Shown here: positions 17,860-26,939 of the stretch, in pieces
How the letters are laid out: each line of letters begins with the position of its first letter
Numbering within the stretch: position 1 is the stretch's first letter
Source of the DNA: an uncultured bacterium
GTDB taxonomy: Bacteria; Planctomycetota; Phycisphaerae; Phycisphaerales; SM1A02
Reading direction: 5' to 3'
Assembly (NCBI GenBank): GCA_903898755.1
Contig: CAIUGT010000125.1
Location: 2,386 to 66,385, forward strand
DNA length: 64,000 nt
Program-made: the position numbers and the translations under genes
Notes under the pieces: generated by a model
What the model saw: the letters and a program-made list of their open reading frames with translations, nothing else
Told to the model about the DNA's origin: nothing
The model's database searches: none

Positions 17860-19679
17860 ACAAAGTTACTGGCGTGCCACACACATTTCATATACCGGTG
17901 ATGGGTTTGGCCTACACCATTGATACCCCGATCAAGGTCGCGCGATTTGGAATTGCGTCTGTGATTTCGATTATCGAAGATCGATTGGTAGAGATGATGA
18001 GAAGTTATTACTACCCCACACTCAACTTGGAATATAAACCCATTTCGGGACACGAGGACGATTCTCGAGCAAAACGAATCACTGATTATTTAAATCTGGT
18101 GAACACGATTGTGCAGGGCCAATTTGAAAAATTAAGAAACGCAACGTTTGAGGCTGGTTCTGAAATCGTAAAATATTTTGAATTGCTTCCCGACGACAGC
18201 TCTTTGAAATTGTTGTACCGAAAAATGATGCGGTGTAGCGACGAGCTTGAAAAGTTGGAAATGGCGAATTTTTTACGCAAGCACATGCGTCCCGGAAGCA
18301 TTGATGTGAACATCATGACAAAATTGGATCGGGAAAAGTATGTCAAAAATGGCGATGGGGTTGTGAAAGAAGATGCTTCGGATGCGGTGGCGGCGCTTCG
18401 TGGATACGCAAAAAGCGACCTTTCAAATTCATCGGTCATTTTTTCGGCTGGGATCAATCCAAGACTTTTTAATTACTTGGCCAGCCGCAAGGAATTCGAA
18501 ATGAACTCGGACGGTGAATTCACAAAGAAAGTTGTTGTGAAGGTGAGTGATTATCGTTCTGCGTTGATACAGGGGAAATATCTTGCCAAGCGCGGTATTT
18601 GGGTTAGTGAATTCAGAATTGAATCCGGACTGAATTGTGGCGGGCACGCATTCGCGACCGATGGTTTTTTGCTTGGCCCAATTCTTGAGGAATTTAAAAC
18701 CAAGAAGCAAGAACTCATTGACACGTTGTTTCAAACATACGGCATTTCAATTTTGAAAAAGGGCTCCGTGCAATGTGAGCAAGCTCCTCCAATTCGAATT
18801 TCGGTGCAAGGCGGAATTGGCACCCGTGATGAGGATCTTTTTTTACACCAGTATTACAAGGTCCAAAGCACCGGATGGGGAACCCCATTTTTACTAGTGC
18901 CCGAAGCGACAACGGTTGACGAAGCAACCTTGAAACTATTAAGCGCCGCGCAAGAAAAAGATATCGTGTTGAGCCATAACTCACCATTGGGGGTTCGTTT
19001 TTATTCGCTCAAGGGAACGACGGCCGACGCGGAAAAATCATTTCGTATTTGCACTGGAAAACCGGGAAGTCCCTGCACCGAAAAACATTTGGCATTCAAC
19101 ACGGAATTCACAAATGAACCTATTTGCACGGCTTCTCAAAAATATCAAAAACTTAAAATCGAGCAGTTGCACACATTTCAATTGCCTCAACTCGAACATC
19201 AATCCCGTTTGAATTCCATATTGGGTAAGGAATGTCTGTGTGTTGGACTGAGCAATTCCGCGGCAATTACTTACAACAAGGTGTTCATAAAAAAATTAAA
19301 CGCCGTCACGATTTGCCCAGGTCCAAACATTGTTCATTTTTCCAAAGTGGTATCGCTGCGAACCATGGTTAATCATATTTACGGAAGAGGCAAAAGTTTG
19401 GTTTCTCCAGGCAGGCCGCACATGTTTATTGCGGAATTACGTTTATACGTCGCATATCTAAAGGAGCAATTCCAAGGTGGCATTCGTGTTGAAGATCACG
19501 TTCAACATAAAAAATACCTGGCGTCTTTTTATAGCAATCTGAAGAGCGGTATTTCGTATTACAAAAATTTGCCTGGCGTTTCGAAACCTTGTGGAGATCC
19601 TTTTCACAGGGATCTGGCGCGTGCTGAAATGGAATTGGATTCTTTGAACCTGCAATATGCAACGCCTTTGAATGCGTGA
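17856..19679 (+). CDS. Uncharacterised 607-aa cytoplasmic protein; possible divergent FMN TIM-barrel (NMO/FabK-like) with a Cys-containing C-terminal region
   Basis: ATGA overlap with the cytochrome c gene. No signal peptide or TM helix. Motifs: ESGLNCGGHAF (18621-), VQGGIGT (18807-) and GWGTPFLLVPEAT (18873-). The coding call is confident; the function is not. Confidence 0.45.
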   Translation: MNKVTGVPHTFHIPVMGLAYTIDTPIKVARFGIASVISIIEDRLVEMMRSYYYPTLNLEYKPISGHEDDSRAKRITDYLNLVNTIVQGQFEKLRNATFEAGSEIVKYFELLPDDSSLKLLYRKMMRCSDELEKLEMANFLRKHMRPGSIDVNIMTKLDREKYVKNGDGVVKEDASDAVAALRGYAKSDLSNSSVIFSAGINPRLFNYLASRKEFEMNSDGEFTKKVVVKVSDYRSALIQGKYLAKRGIWVSEFRIESGLNCGGHAFATDGFLLGPILEEFKTKKQELIDTLFQTYGISILKKGSVQCEQAPPIRISVQGGIGTRDEDLFLHQYYKVQSTGWGTPFLLVPEATTVDEATLKLLSAAQEKDIVLSHNSPLGVRFYSLKGTTADAEKSFRICTGKPGSPCTEKHLAFNTEFTNEPICTASQKYQKLKIEQLHTFQLPQLEHQSRLNSILGKECLCVGLSNSAAITYNKVFIKKLNAVTICPGPNIVHFSKVVSLRTMVNHIYGRGKSLVSPGRPHMFIAELRLYVAYLKEQFQGGIRVEDHVQHKKYLASFYSNLKSGISYYKNLPGVSKPCGDPFHRDLARAEMELDSLNLQYATPLNA

Positions 19680-19682
19680 TCC

Positions 19683-20360
19683 ATGAAAGACAAATCCAAT
19701 TCTCATATTGTGAACGCCTTGACGCACTTGATTTCATGCGGCGATATACCCGATGATCCGCCACAGAATCCCATGGATTTATTTCAGGAATGGTTTACGA
19801 ATGCAGAGGATTGCGGTCAATATGTAAACCCAAATGCGATGACTGTTGCAACAAGCACATTGGATGGCGCGCCTTCGGCCCGAATTGTTCTATGCAAGTG
19901 TTTAGAAACGCAGCCTCCAGCGTTGGTGTTTTTCACAAGTTATGAAAGTAGAAAGGGTAGGGAAATAGAAGCAAATCCCAGGGCTGCGGCGGTGTTTCAT
20001 TGGCCGCACGCCAAGCGGCAGGCGCGCGTGGAAGGAGTTGTGGAGCGCGTCTCGTCTCAAGAAAGTGACCAGTATTTTAGTTCGCGACCACTCATCTCAC
20101 GCATCGGTAGTTCGGTCAGCCCACAAAGTCAGGTGATTTCTTCAAGAGCAAGCTTGGTTGCATCGGCGATTAAATTAGCGGGTCAAGCCACTCTTGCGGG
20201 AAAGCTTCCGCGTCCAGCGAATTGGGGTGGGTACAGAATTCATATTCGTGTTGTAGAACTTTGGTCGGCGCGTGAGGGCCGACTGAATGATCGCGTACGG
20301 TGGATACACGATGACTCAGATTCCACCACAAGTTGGAAAGTGACGCGGCTTGGATCTTGA
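19683..20360 (+). CDS. pdxH: Pyridoxamine 5'-phosphate oxidase
   Basis: PNPOx hallmarks are present: NAMTVATSTLDGAPSARIVLCK, FFTSYESRKGREIEANPRAAAVFHW, QARVEGVV, SDQYFSSRP and C-terminal PANWGGYRI...VELW...RLNDRVRW. The gene starts 3 nt after the upstream stop. Confidence 0.85.
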   Translation: MKDKSNSHIVNALTHLISCGDIPDDPPQNPMDLFQEWFTNAEDCGQYVNPNAMTVATSTLDGAPSARIVLCKCLETQPPALVFFTSYESRKGREIEANPRAAAVFHWPHAKRQARVEGVVERVSSQESDQYFSSRPLISRIGSSVSPQSQVISSRASLVASAIKLAGQATLAGKLPRPANWGGYRIHIRVVELWSAREGRLNDRVRWIHDDSDSTTSWKVTRLGS

Positions 20361-20405
20361 ACTGTATTTGTGAGCCGACGACTTCTCTATTGTTTGGTGA
20401 CGTTG

Positions 20406-20433
20406 GAGCAATCACAGTACTCATAGATTGCTC
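20406..20433. terminator. Hairpin in the convergent gap between pdxH and ccoS
   Basis: GAGCAATC (20406-20413) pairs with GATTGCTC (20426-20433) across a 12-nt loop. There is no clear U-tract, so the call is tentative. Confidence 0.3.
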
Positions 20434-20451
20434 ATGATTACGCGTGCAAAA

Positions 20452-20631
20452 TTATTTACTTTTTTGGCAGTCAGATTTTGTATGGATCAATGGCGCATCG
20501 TCTAGGAGCATGCGAATTGCTGGCGTATTCAGATCCTCATATTGATCGTTGTGGGCCGCCCACATAAATGCCAGCACGGCCGCTGCGGCTATGAAAAGTG
20601 CCACTGGAATGGCTATATAAATCAGAATCAT
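20452..20631 (-). CDS. ccoS: cbb3 oxidase maturation protein CcoS (59 aa)
   Basis: Hand translation gives MILIYIAIPVALFIAAAAVLAFMWAAHNDQYEDLNTPAIRMLLDDAPLIHTKSDCQKSK. This has one TM helix plus the CcoS signature W-x5-Q-[FY]-[DE]-DL-x2-P-x2-R-x-L-x-DD. Its ATG overlaps the ccoI TGA (ATGA). It is absent from the ORF track. Confidence 0.8.
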   Translation of the reverse strand: MILIYIAIPVALFIAAAAVLAFMWAAHNDQYEDLNTPAIRMLLDDAPLIHTKSDCQKSK

Positions 20632-23318
20632 GCGTGCACCTTGGTTGGAGATGTGTTGATTTCCAAGGCATTCTTCGCTGCAATTGGTGTCGTTGATCTT
20701 GCCGCAGACGAATTTGTTTTTTTCGTGTGAGATTGAATAATCGTCGCTGCGTTGTGAATTTCAAATCGTGGCATGCGCAACGCAACAGCCGTTACGGTCA
20801 AGCCACTGAGCGGCATCAGCACCGCAGCGATGAGTGGATTGATGACACCTGTTGCGGCAAGGGCGCCGCCGACAATGTTGTATGCCAGACTGATCGCAAA
20901 ATTCACATGTATTGTTTTCATGGTTCGTCGTGCGCCATCAAGCAGTGAAACAACTTGGCCAAGTCCGCCGCCTGTCAGCGCCACATCCGCATGTTCAAGA
21001 GTGACTCGCGCGCCTTGGCGTACCGCAATGCCGACATCCGCAGCGGCCATTGCGGGTAAATCATTCACACCGTCGCCAATCATGACAATCGGACCAACGT
21101 GGTGGCTTGCCCGGCATGCTGCAACAATTTCAACCTTGCGCTCGGGTGTGCATGCGCCCCACACTTGTTGATCAGGAATCTTTAACTGACAACCAATATT
21201 CAACGCAATTTCTGTGACGTCACCCGAGGCCATCCACATATTCCAACCGCGATTCGCTAGGTTGTGAACCAGTTCAAGTGCGTCGCTTCGAAGGGGATCA
21301 CCCACGCCAATCGCGGCGCATGTGACATGATCAATTGTCACGAAAACTGGTGAAAACCCCTCGCGAATCATGTCGTGTGCGTGTGCAATCACAACGGCGT
21401 TGCTGATGTCATCGTGAATAGATGAAAATTTTTGGTTGCCAACTTTCACTTCATGACCATTCACGATTCCAGAAATTCCGCCGCCAATCGTTTCGTGAAC
21501 GTCGGTCACGATTGCGCCCAGTTGATAATGTTGCGCAATCGCTTTCGCAATTGGATGCGTGCTTCGCGCCTCAAGAGCCGCCGCAAAATTCAAATCGGTT
21601 GATTCACCACATTCACGCAAGACGCGCATGCTGCCCTCGGTCACCGTGCCGGTTTTGTCCAAGATGATTGTTCCGCTGCGCGCTAGGCGCTCAAATACAT
21701 CACCACCGCGAATTAAAATTCCAATACGCGCGGCTTTTCCAAGCGCCGCCACCATGGTGAGCGGGGTCGCAAGACCGAGAGCGCACGGACACGTGACCAC
21801 CAACATTGCGATCACAATAGAGAGGGCCCGTGTTGGATCAATAAACCACCACGCACACCCTGTGATTGTGGTGACAATGATGACTGCAAGTAAAAACCAA
21901 CCTGCGATTCGGTTTGCAAATTCAACCACGCGTGGTCGTTCACCCGCCGCATTTTCCACCATGCGCGCAATGGCGCCCGCACGCGTTTCCACGCCGGAGG
22001 TTGTCACAAGAACACGGACTGGATGTTGCTCTAACAATCGAACGCCCGCAAAAATGGTTTCGCCACATTGCACCATCACTGGTCGCGATTCACCAGTGAG
22101 TAGTTGCATGTCAAAATTGGCGGCGCTATTCACAAGTGTTCCGTCGGCGCACACGGATTCACCCGCGGAAATTTCAACTATGTCACCAGGGCGCAAAGCC
22201 TCTGTTGGAATTTCTTCTATCGATTCAGCGTTTGATTCTGTTCGTATTTCGGTTGTCGTATCAATTGACTTCAAATTGTTGTTCATCACGCGCCGAGCGG
22301 TTTGTGGAACCAGCGCGCAAATCAATTCAAGATCATGCCGTGCCGATCGTTGTTGACGAAACTGCACAAATCGTCCAACAAGAAGCAAAAATACGAGCAT
22401 GGAGACGCTTTCAAAATAAACACCCGGACGATTTGCCGCCGTCATTGCGACGCCACCTAAAAGACCCGCCAGCAACGCAAGAGCAATAGGTAAGTCCATG
22501 TGCGGACTACGCGCGCGGATTGCGTTGAAGGCATTGGTCAGGAAAAGTTTTCCAGGCCAAAACACCGCCACCGTAGCCAACGCCACGCTTGTCCACTGCA
22601 GAAATTGACGCGTTGAATCATCCATCCAAGAAAATTGCGCGCCGTACAACGCGAAGGCAATCGCCATGACATTGCCACTGATGGCCCCGGCCACCGCGAT
22701 ATGAACCAACCACGCGCGATCCTGTCTACGCCACTCACTGCGCGAAGCGAGCGTTCCAATTGGTCGTACTTCATATCCCAGCGAAGCGATGCGCGTGGCA
22801 ATTGCGGACAAAGTTGTTTCGGTTGCTAGCCATTCCAGTGCGATAACGGAACGGCCAAGATCAACACGCGCGCTAAGAAGTCCTTGTTGCAAACGCGGAA
22901 GTGATTCCAGCAACCAAAGACATGCGCCGCATTTCAAACCATCAAGACGAAGTTCCGCGCACAGTCGGTCGTTATCCAGTTGTTGAACGTGTCTTTGCTG
23001 AAAATCCGCGTGGTCCAAATACAACAAAGAACCCTTTATTTGCGGTCTATTCGGCAAAAATCCATTGTCTTGTTGAAGCTTGTAATAGCCTTCCAATCCG
23101 CATTGGTGAAGCATGTGCCACACGGCTTCGCATCCTGTGCAACAAAATAATTCAGTCCTTGTTTGTGTGTTGGCTTGTGTATGCAAAGTTTCAGAGAACT
23201 GCAGGTTGTTGGTTGTGACAGCATTCGTCTTGCCAGAATTGAGTTGATGTTCGCTGAAAGCGTTTGAAACAGGTAACCCGCAATGCGCGCAAGAATTGGT
23301 CTTGTTCACAAATGTCAT
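20628..23318 (-). CDS. ccoI: Copper-translocating P1B-type ATPase, CcoI/FixI
   Basis: It has the N-terminal CAHCGLP and CCTGCEAVWHML motifs, the TM metal site CPC (VVTCPCALGLATP), DKTGT, and the GDGVND hinge. It sits inside the cco maturation cluster. Confidence 0.9.
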   Translation of the reverse strand: MTFVNKTNSCAHCGLPVSNAFSEHQLNSGKTNAVTTNNLQFSETLHTQANTQTRTELFCCTGCEAVWHMLHQCGLEGYYKLQQDNGFLPNRPQIKGSLLYLDHADFQQRHVQQLDNDRLCAELRLDGLKCGACLWLLESLPRLQQGLLSARVDLGRSVIALEWLATETTLSAIATRIASLGYEVRPIGTLASRSEWRRQDRAWLVHIAVAGAISGNVMAIAFALYGAQFSWMDDSTRQFLQWTSVALATVAVFWPGKLFLTNAFNAIRARSPHMDLPIALALLAGLLGGVAMTAANRPGVYFESVSMLVFLLLVGRFVQFRQQRSARHDLELICALVPQTARRVMNNNLKSIDTTTEIRTESNAESIEEIPTEALRPGDIVEISAGESVCADGTLVNSAANFDMQLLTGESRPVMVQCGETIFAGVRLLEQHPVRVLVTTSGVETRAGAIARMVENAAGERPRVVEFANRIAGWFLLAVIIVTTITGCAWWFIDPTRALSIVIAMLVVTCPCALGLATPLTMVAALGKAARIGILIRGGDVFERLARSGTIILDKTGTVTEGSMRVLRECGESTDLNFAAALEARSTHPIAKAIAQHYQLGAIVTDVHETIGGGISGIVNGHEVKVGNQKFSSIHDDISNAVVIAHAHDMIREGFSPVFVTIDHVTCAAIGVGDPLRSDALELVHNLANRGWNMWMASGDVTEIALNIGCQLKIPDQQVWGACTPERKVEIVAACRASHHVGPIVMIGDGVNDLPAMAAADVGIAVRQGARVTLEHADVALTGGGLGQVVSLLDGARRTMKTIHVNFAISLAYNIVGGALAATGVINPLIAAVLMPLSGLTVTAVALRMPRFEIHNAATIIQSHTKKTNSSAARSTTPIAAKNALEINTSPTKVHA

Positions 23319-24136
23319 TGCTCACTCATTTCTTTACAACACGCGTGCGGACCATTTGCGATGTTTGAAAGGGTCGAATTTTTCACCTCATCACCAACGG
23401 CCCCCGCGCGAATGTCTTGTGAGTGATTGTTGTTATTTTTTTCAGACAATCGTGTTGCCACAACTTCAGCAAGCGGTGCGCGAACGCCAGCGGTATACAC
23501 GCCAACGGCAATCATGAAAGCGCCAGCAATTGCCGCTAAAATTCTTCGCTTTTGCCCGCCAAGCGACGCAATACCCGCGCCAACAAGCGCCAGAATTGGA
23601 ACAGTTCCCAACCAAAATGCGGCCATGACCAACGCGCCCTCGACGACACGCCCAGTGCCCGCAGCCACCGCTGCAAATGCCCAAAGCCATCCACAGGGAA
23701 GCAGCGGTGTGGCCAATCCAATCACCAATGCGCGTGGAGTTGGCTGCATTGTTGCGGCCACTTTGTGTATTGCGCCAAGCGAGCGCTTCATCCAAAGTGG
23801 CAAAGGCACACGACCTGAATCAATTCCCGCGGATTGAAGCAGCATGCCAACTCCAACAAGTGCCACCGCAATACCAGCTGCAATGGCGGCGATGTGTTGC
23901 ACACCAACAAGCCCGCCGCCAGAATTCAGTAGCACTCCGCATGCGCCGGCGAGAGCGCCAACAAAAACATAGGAGGCAAATCGTGAGACGTGATAAACGC
24001 AACTCGCTATGGAACTTGCACGGCCGGAGCACTGACCAACTCCGCCACAGAATGCGGCGATTCCGCCACACATGCCTGCGCAGTGCGCGCTGCCCACCAG
24101 GCTGGCAAATAAAACACTCGCCAACAACGCAATCAT
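23315..24136 (-). CDS. DsbD_2/TauE-like membrane protein with HCxGMCGG motif (cco-cluster associated)
   Basis: The N-terminus is MIALLASVLFASLVGSAHCAGMCGGIAAFCGG and the protein is polytopic. ATGA overlaps occur on both sides, with fixH and ccoI. Confidence 0.6.
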   Translation of the reverse strand: MIALLASVLFASLVGSAHCAGMCGGIAAFCGGVGQCSGRASSIASCVYHVSRFASYVFVGALAGACGVLLNSGGGLVGVQHIAAIAAGIAVALVGVGMLLQSAGIDSGRVPLPLWMKRSLGAIHKVAATMQPTPRALVIGLATPLLPCGWLWAFAAVAAGTGRVVEGALVMAAFWLGTVPILALVGAGIASLGGQKRRILAAIAGAFMIAVGVYTAGVRAPLAEVVATRLSEKNNNNHSQDIRAGAVGDEVKNSTLSNIANGPHACCKEMSEQ

Positions 24137-24711
24137 GGCGTGGCTCCTTCTTGTTTTGCAACCTGCTCTTTGATTTCAGAGTTGTCTTGCATCACAACAG
24201 GTTCAGCCGGACGCGGCTTTCCAAATAAAAGATGCCGGCGAAAGCGATCGCAGTAAATGTGATTTTTTGCTTCAACCGTGGCGCGAATTTCCCACATGCC
24301 GTTTACGCGCAGTGGGACATCCGCGGCGTAATGACCAGCAGAAATTTCTTGAAGTGCCGTCGATATACGTGAATTGGCCGCAAGAATAGGAATACATTCC
24401 ACGCGTACCCGTGCTTGTTCAATGTTTACGCCGTACTTGTCCGCGACGGTCAGTTCTAATCGCGCCAGTGTTGGATCATTTTGTCCCGCGACAAATGTTG
24501 ACGTGACAACCCAGCCAAGCACTCCATTCTCGGCGAGTTGCTTGCGATAGTCGTCCCACGCAAGAGCCTTTCGGTAGTAGTCGGGTTCAACGGCGGTCAC
24601 ATTTGAATCCGAGAAAGCAAATGTAAGAATGACAATTGCCGCCGTGATGGTGAATGACAGCATGAGTACCGGAACCAAAGCCCACCGATTTTGTATGAGG
24701 CGAGAAATCAT
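24133..24711 (-). CDS. FixH-family protein
   Basis: It has a single N-terminal TM helix (WALVPVLMLSFTITAAIVILTFAF), then EPDYYRKALAWDDY and a beta-rich domain. It lies between ccoG and ccoI as in fixGHIS. Confidence 0.65.
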   Translation of the reverse strand: MISRLIQNRWALVPVLMLSFTITAAIVILTFAFSDSNVTAVEPDYYRKALAWDDYRKQLAENGVLGWVVTSTFVAGQNDPTLARLELTVADKYGVNIEQARVRVECIPILAANSRISTALQEISAGHYAADVPLRVNGMWEIRATVEAKNHIYCDRFRRHLLFGKPRPAEPVVMQDNSEIKEQVAKQEGATP

Positions 24712-26153
24712 TATTCACCTTTCTTTATTTTGTTCGCATTGCCAATTGCATTGTGAGCGTTGAAAGGACCCGCGATGGATATTGACACCGATTGAGAAAA
24801 GTGGGCAGGTCCTTTTATAAAAAGAACCCCCGATCGACTTCCACGCTCAAATGTGTCTGGTGCGCACACAACGGTCAGATCAATCGTGGCCGCGTCTAAT
24901 GCCGGCACCAACAGTGTGGTCTCTTTTTCTAATCGCACATTGTTTGTCCCTGTAATTGCGAATGTGCGGTCGTCCTCTGCGTAATTTTCAATCATGAGGC
25001 GAATGGGTGTGTGAATTCCATCAACGGCAGTGGTGAAATTGCCGCCAATAATTCTCACCTGTTCAATAGACGCGGGTTGACGGCGTAGCAGCAACACAAC
25101 CACCACGGACACAAGAATCAGCATAATCAAAGGGTAAATCAGCAGTCTGTAACGCAATCCAACAGATTTATTTTGGACAAGTTGATTCTGTCTTGCGTAG
25201 CGAATCAACCCCTCGGGTTTGCCAACTTTCACCATCACATCGTTGCACGCGTCAATGCACTGAGTGCAATTGACACACTCCAATTGCAGGCCGTCTCGAA
25301 TATCAATTCCTGTTGGGCACACCTGCACGCACATGGAGCAAGACACGCAATCGCCCGCATGTTTCTGCTGCGCATCCAACGCACGGCGTTGCGAACTGTT
25401 CGCCCTTGGTTCGCCACGCGCAATGTCATAGCCAATGATTAACGAATTATTGTCAAGAAGCGCGCTTTGAAATCGCCCGTATGGACAAACAATGGTGCAC
25501 ATTTGCTCCCTGAAAAAAACAAAGTCGAACATCATCAACGCAGTCGTGAGCGCGAACACCACGAAAGCGGCGGGGTGTTCGCCGGGCGAAGCGAGTGTCC
25601 AATGTATTAATCGATCTGTTCCCACAAAGTAGGCAAGAAATGTATTGGCTAAGTGAGCGCTCAAGATTAGGAAAACCGCGTACATCAACAATCTGCGCCA
25701 GCCAGCCACCGCAGAATTTTTTTTACCGTAAGCCTTTCCCAAAAACAATCGTTCAAGTGGGCGATAGACAAATTCCAAATAAATTGTTTGCGGGCACGCC
25801 CATCCACACCAAACGCGTCCCCACAATGCGGTGACCAAAAAAATTCCCACAAATAAAGCAAGCATGATCAGCGCCAACAACAACGTTTCGGTTGGTCGAA
25901 ATGTTGTTCCAAAGAATGTGAACTGTCGTAGCATGACATCAAGCAAAATGGTGGGTTTTCCCGCTATTCGCAGCCAAGGCAAGACCGTGAAAATGGCGAT
26001 CAGTACCCACGCCACAGCAAAGCGCGCTTTCCACAGCCGACCCCGCACTTCGCGTGGAGTTATCCAGCGACGCGAACCGTCTGCGTTGAGCGTTGACAGC
26101 ACTCGGCCATTCAACTGTGGTAGCGCAAAATTTTGGCCTACTTCGTTATCCAT
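24711..26153 (-). CDS. ccoG: Cytochrome c oxidase accessory protein CcoG/FixG (4Fe-4S ferredoxin-type)
   Basis: Motifs include GRVWCGWACPQT, REQMCTIVCPYGRFQ, CVSCSMCVQVCP and CVNCTQCIDAC. The start is set at ATG 26153 (MDNEVGQNF), because the longer ORF-track start runs through the 3' end of ccoP. Confidence 0.85.
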   Translation of the reverse strand: MDNEVGQNFALPQLNGRVLSTLNADGSRRWITPREVRGRLWKARFAVAWVLIAIFTVLPWLRIAGKPTILLDVMLRQFTFFGTTFRPTETLLLALIMLALFVGIFLVTALWGRVWCGWACPQTIYLEFVYRPLERLFLGKAYGKKNSAVAGWRRLLMYAVFLILSAHLANTFLAYFVGTDRLIHWTLASPGEHPAAFVVFALTTALMMFDFVFFREQMCTIVCPYGRFQSALLDNNSLIIGYDIARGEPRANSSQRRALDAQQKHAGDCVSCSMCVQVCPTGIDIRDGLQLECVNCTQCIDACNDVMVKVGKPEGLIRYARQNQLVQNKSVGLRYRLLIYPLIMLILVSVVVVLLLRRQPASIEQVRIIGGNFTTAVDGIHTPIRLMIENYAEDDRTFAITGTNNVRLEKETTLLVPALDAATIDLTVVCAPDTFERGSRSGVLFIKGPAHFSQSVSISIAGPFNAHNAIGNANKIKKGE

Positions 26154-26737
26154 GGCGGAATTGAAACTCCCTGTGGCGCCTTTGGTGCGGCAGGTGTTGT
26201 GCCACGCAGGTGCGCCACATACGACGTCAACAAAACAAGCTGAGGCTCGCTGAAGCGATTGCTCCACTGAGGCATTCCTTTGGAGACAACTCCGCCAGAG
26301 ACAACTTTGAAAATGTCTTCAACTTTTTTCACGTTGATGTAGTCATTGTCACACAGGTTTGGACCAGTTAATCCGCCACCATCTGCCGCATGACATACTG
26401 CGCAATTCGCGCTAAAGAGACCCTGAGCCGCCTTCATCATTTTTGGATCGCTTGACAGTTTAAAAATGGTCGCCGGGATTGGCTTCAGTTCACCCAGCTT
26501 TCCAAATTGCTCCTGGTAAAAAACACCAAGGTCAACTTGATATTCACGTTGAACACTGGCGCCAACGCCAATCACAAAATACGTGAAGTACACATAGGCG
26601 AATCCAATCGTCAGCCAAAAAATGGCCGACCACCAAAATGGCATTGGGTTGTCGAATTCTTGAATGCCATCTGATTCGTGCTCAAGAATTTTCTCTTGAT
26701 GGAATTTTGGCTCTTGATTGTGAAATGTGTCAGCCAT
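26138..26737 (-). CDS. ccoP: cbb3 oxidase subunit III (CcoP), monohaem variant
   Basis: It has the FixP N-terminal motif EHESDGIQEFDNPMPFWWSAIFWLTIGFAYVYF, but only one CxxCH (CAVCH). A strong AAGGAG SD lies 7 nt upstream of ATG 26737. Confidence 0.75.
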   Translation of the reverse strand: MADTFHNQEPKFHQEKILEHESDGIQEFDNPMPFWWSAIFWLTIGFAYVYFTYFVIGVGASVQREYQVDLGVFYQEQFGKLGELKPIPATIFKLSSDPKMMKAAQGLFSANCAVCHAADGGGLTGPNLCDNDYINVKKVEDIFKVVSGGVVSKGMPQWSNRFSEPQLVLLTSYVAHLRGTTPAAPKAPQGVSIPPWITK

Positions 26738-26939
26738 GATTCTTCTCCTTTTCAGATTGAGTTTGTTGAGGCTTTTCCAGTGGAAGTTGAGCGTCTTTTT
26801 GCCACGCTGATTTTGGAATAATGAACACATATGCCACAATTCCAGCGAAAATCACTAGGAAAATGATCAACGCCAAAGTGGGCATGAAGCCACTTTCAGC
26901 CAGCAACAAACAACGCGTCTGCATCTGTATGTGTGTCAT
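26730..26939 (-). CDS. Small single-pass membrane protein in the CcoQ position
   Basis: It has one TM helix (MPTLALIIFLVIFAGIVAYVFII). ATGA overlap with the ccoNO stop. An alternative start is ATG 26885. Confidence 0.5.
   Translation of the reverse strand: MTHIQMQTRCLLLAESGFMPTLALIIFLVIFAGIVAYVFIIPKSAWQKDAQLPLEKPQQTQSEKEKNHG

Noticed and set aside
21559-22356. 265-aa plus-strand ORF, with several others, inside ccoI
   Set aside because: It lies antisense to a P-type ATPase gene that has all canonical motifs. The translation is Arg/Ser/Pro-rich low-complexity sequence typical of shadow ORFs.
26154-26267. 38-codon N-terminal extension of ccoG in the ORF track
   Set aside because: It would overlap the last ~130 nt of ccoP, and its sequence is not CcoG-like. 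ATG 26153 gives a normal N-terminus.
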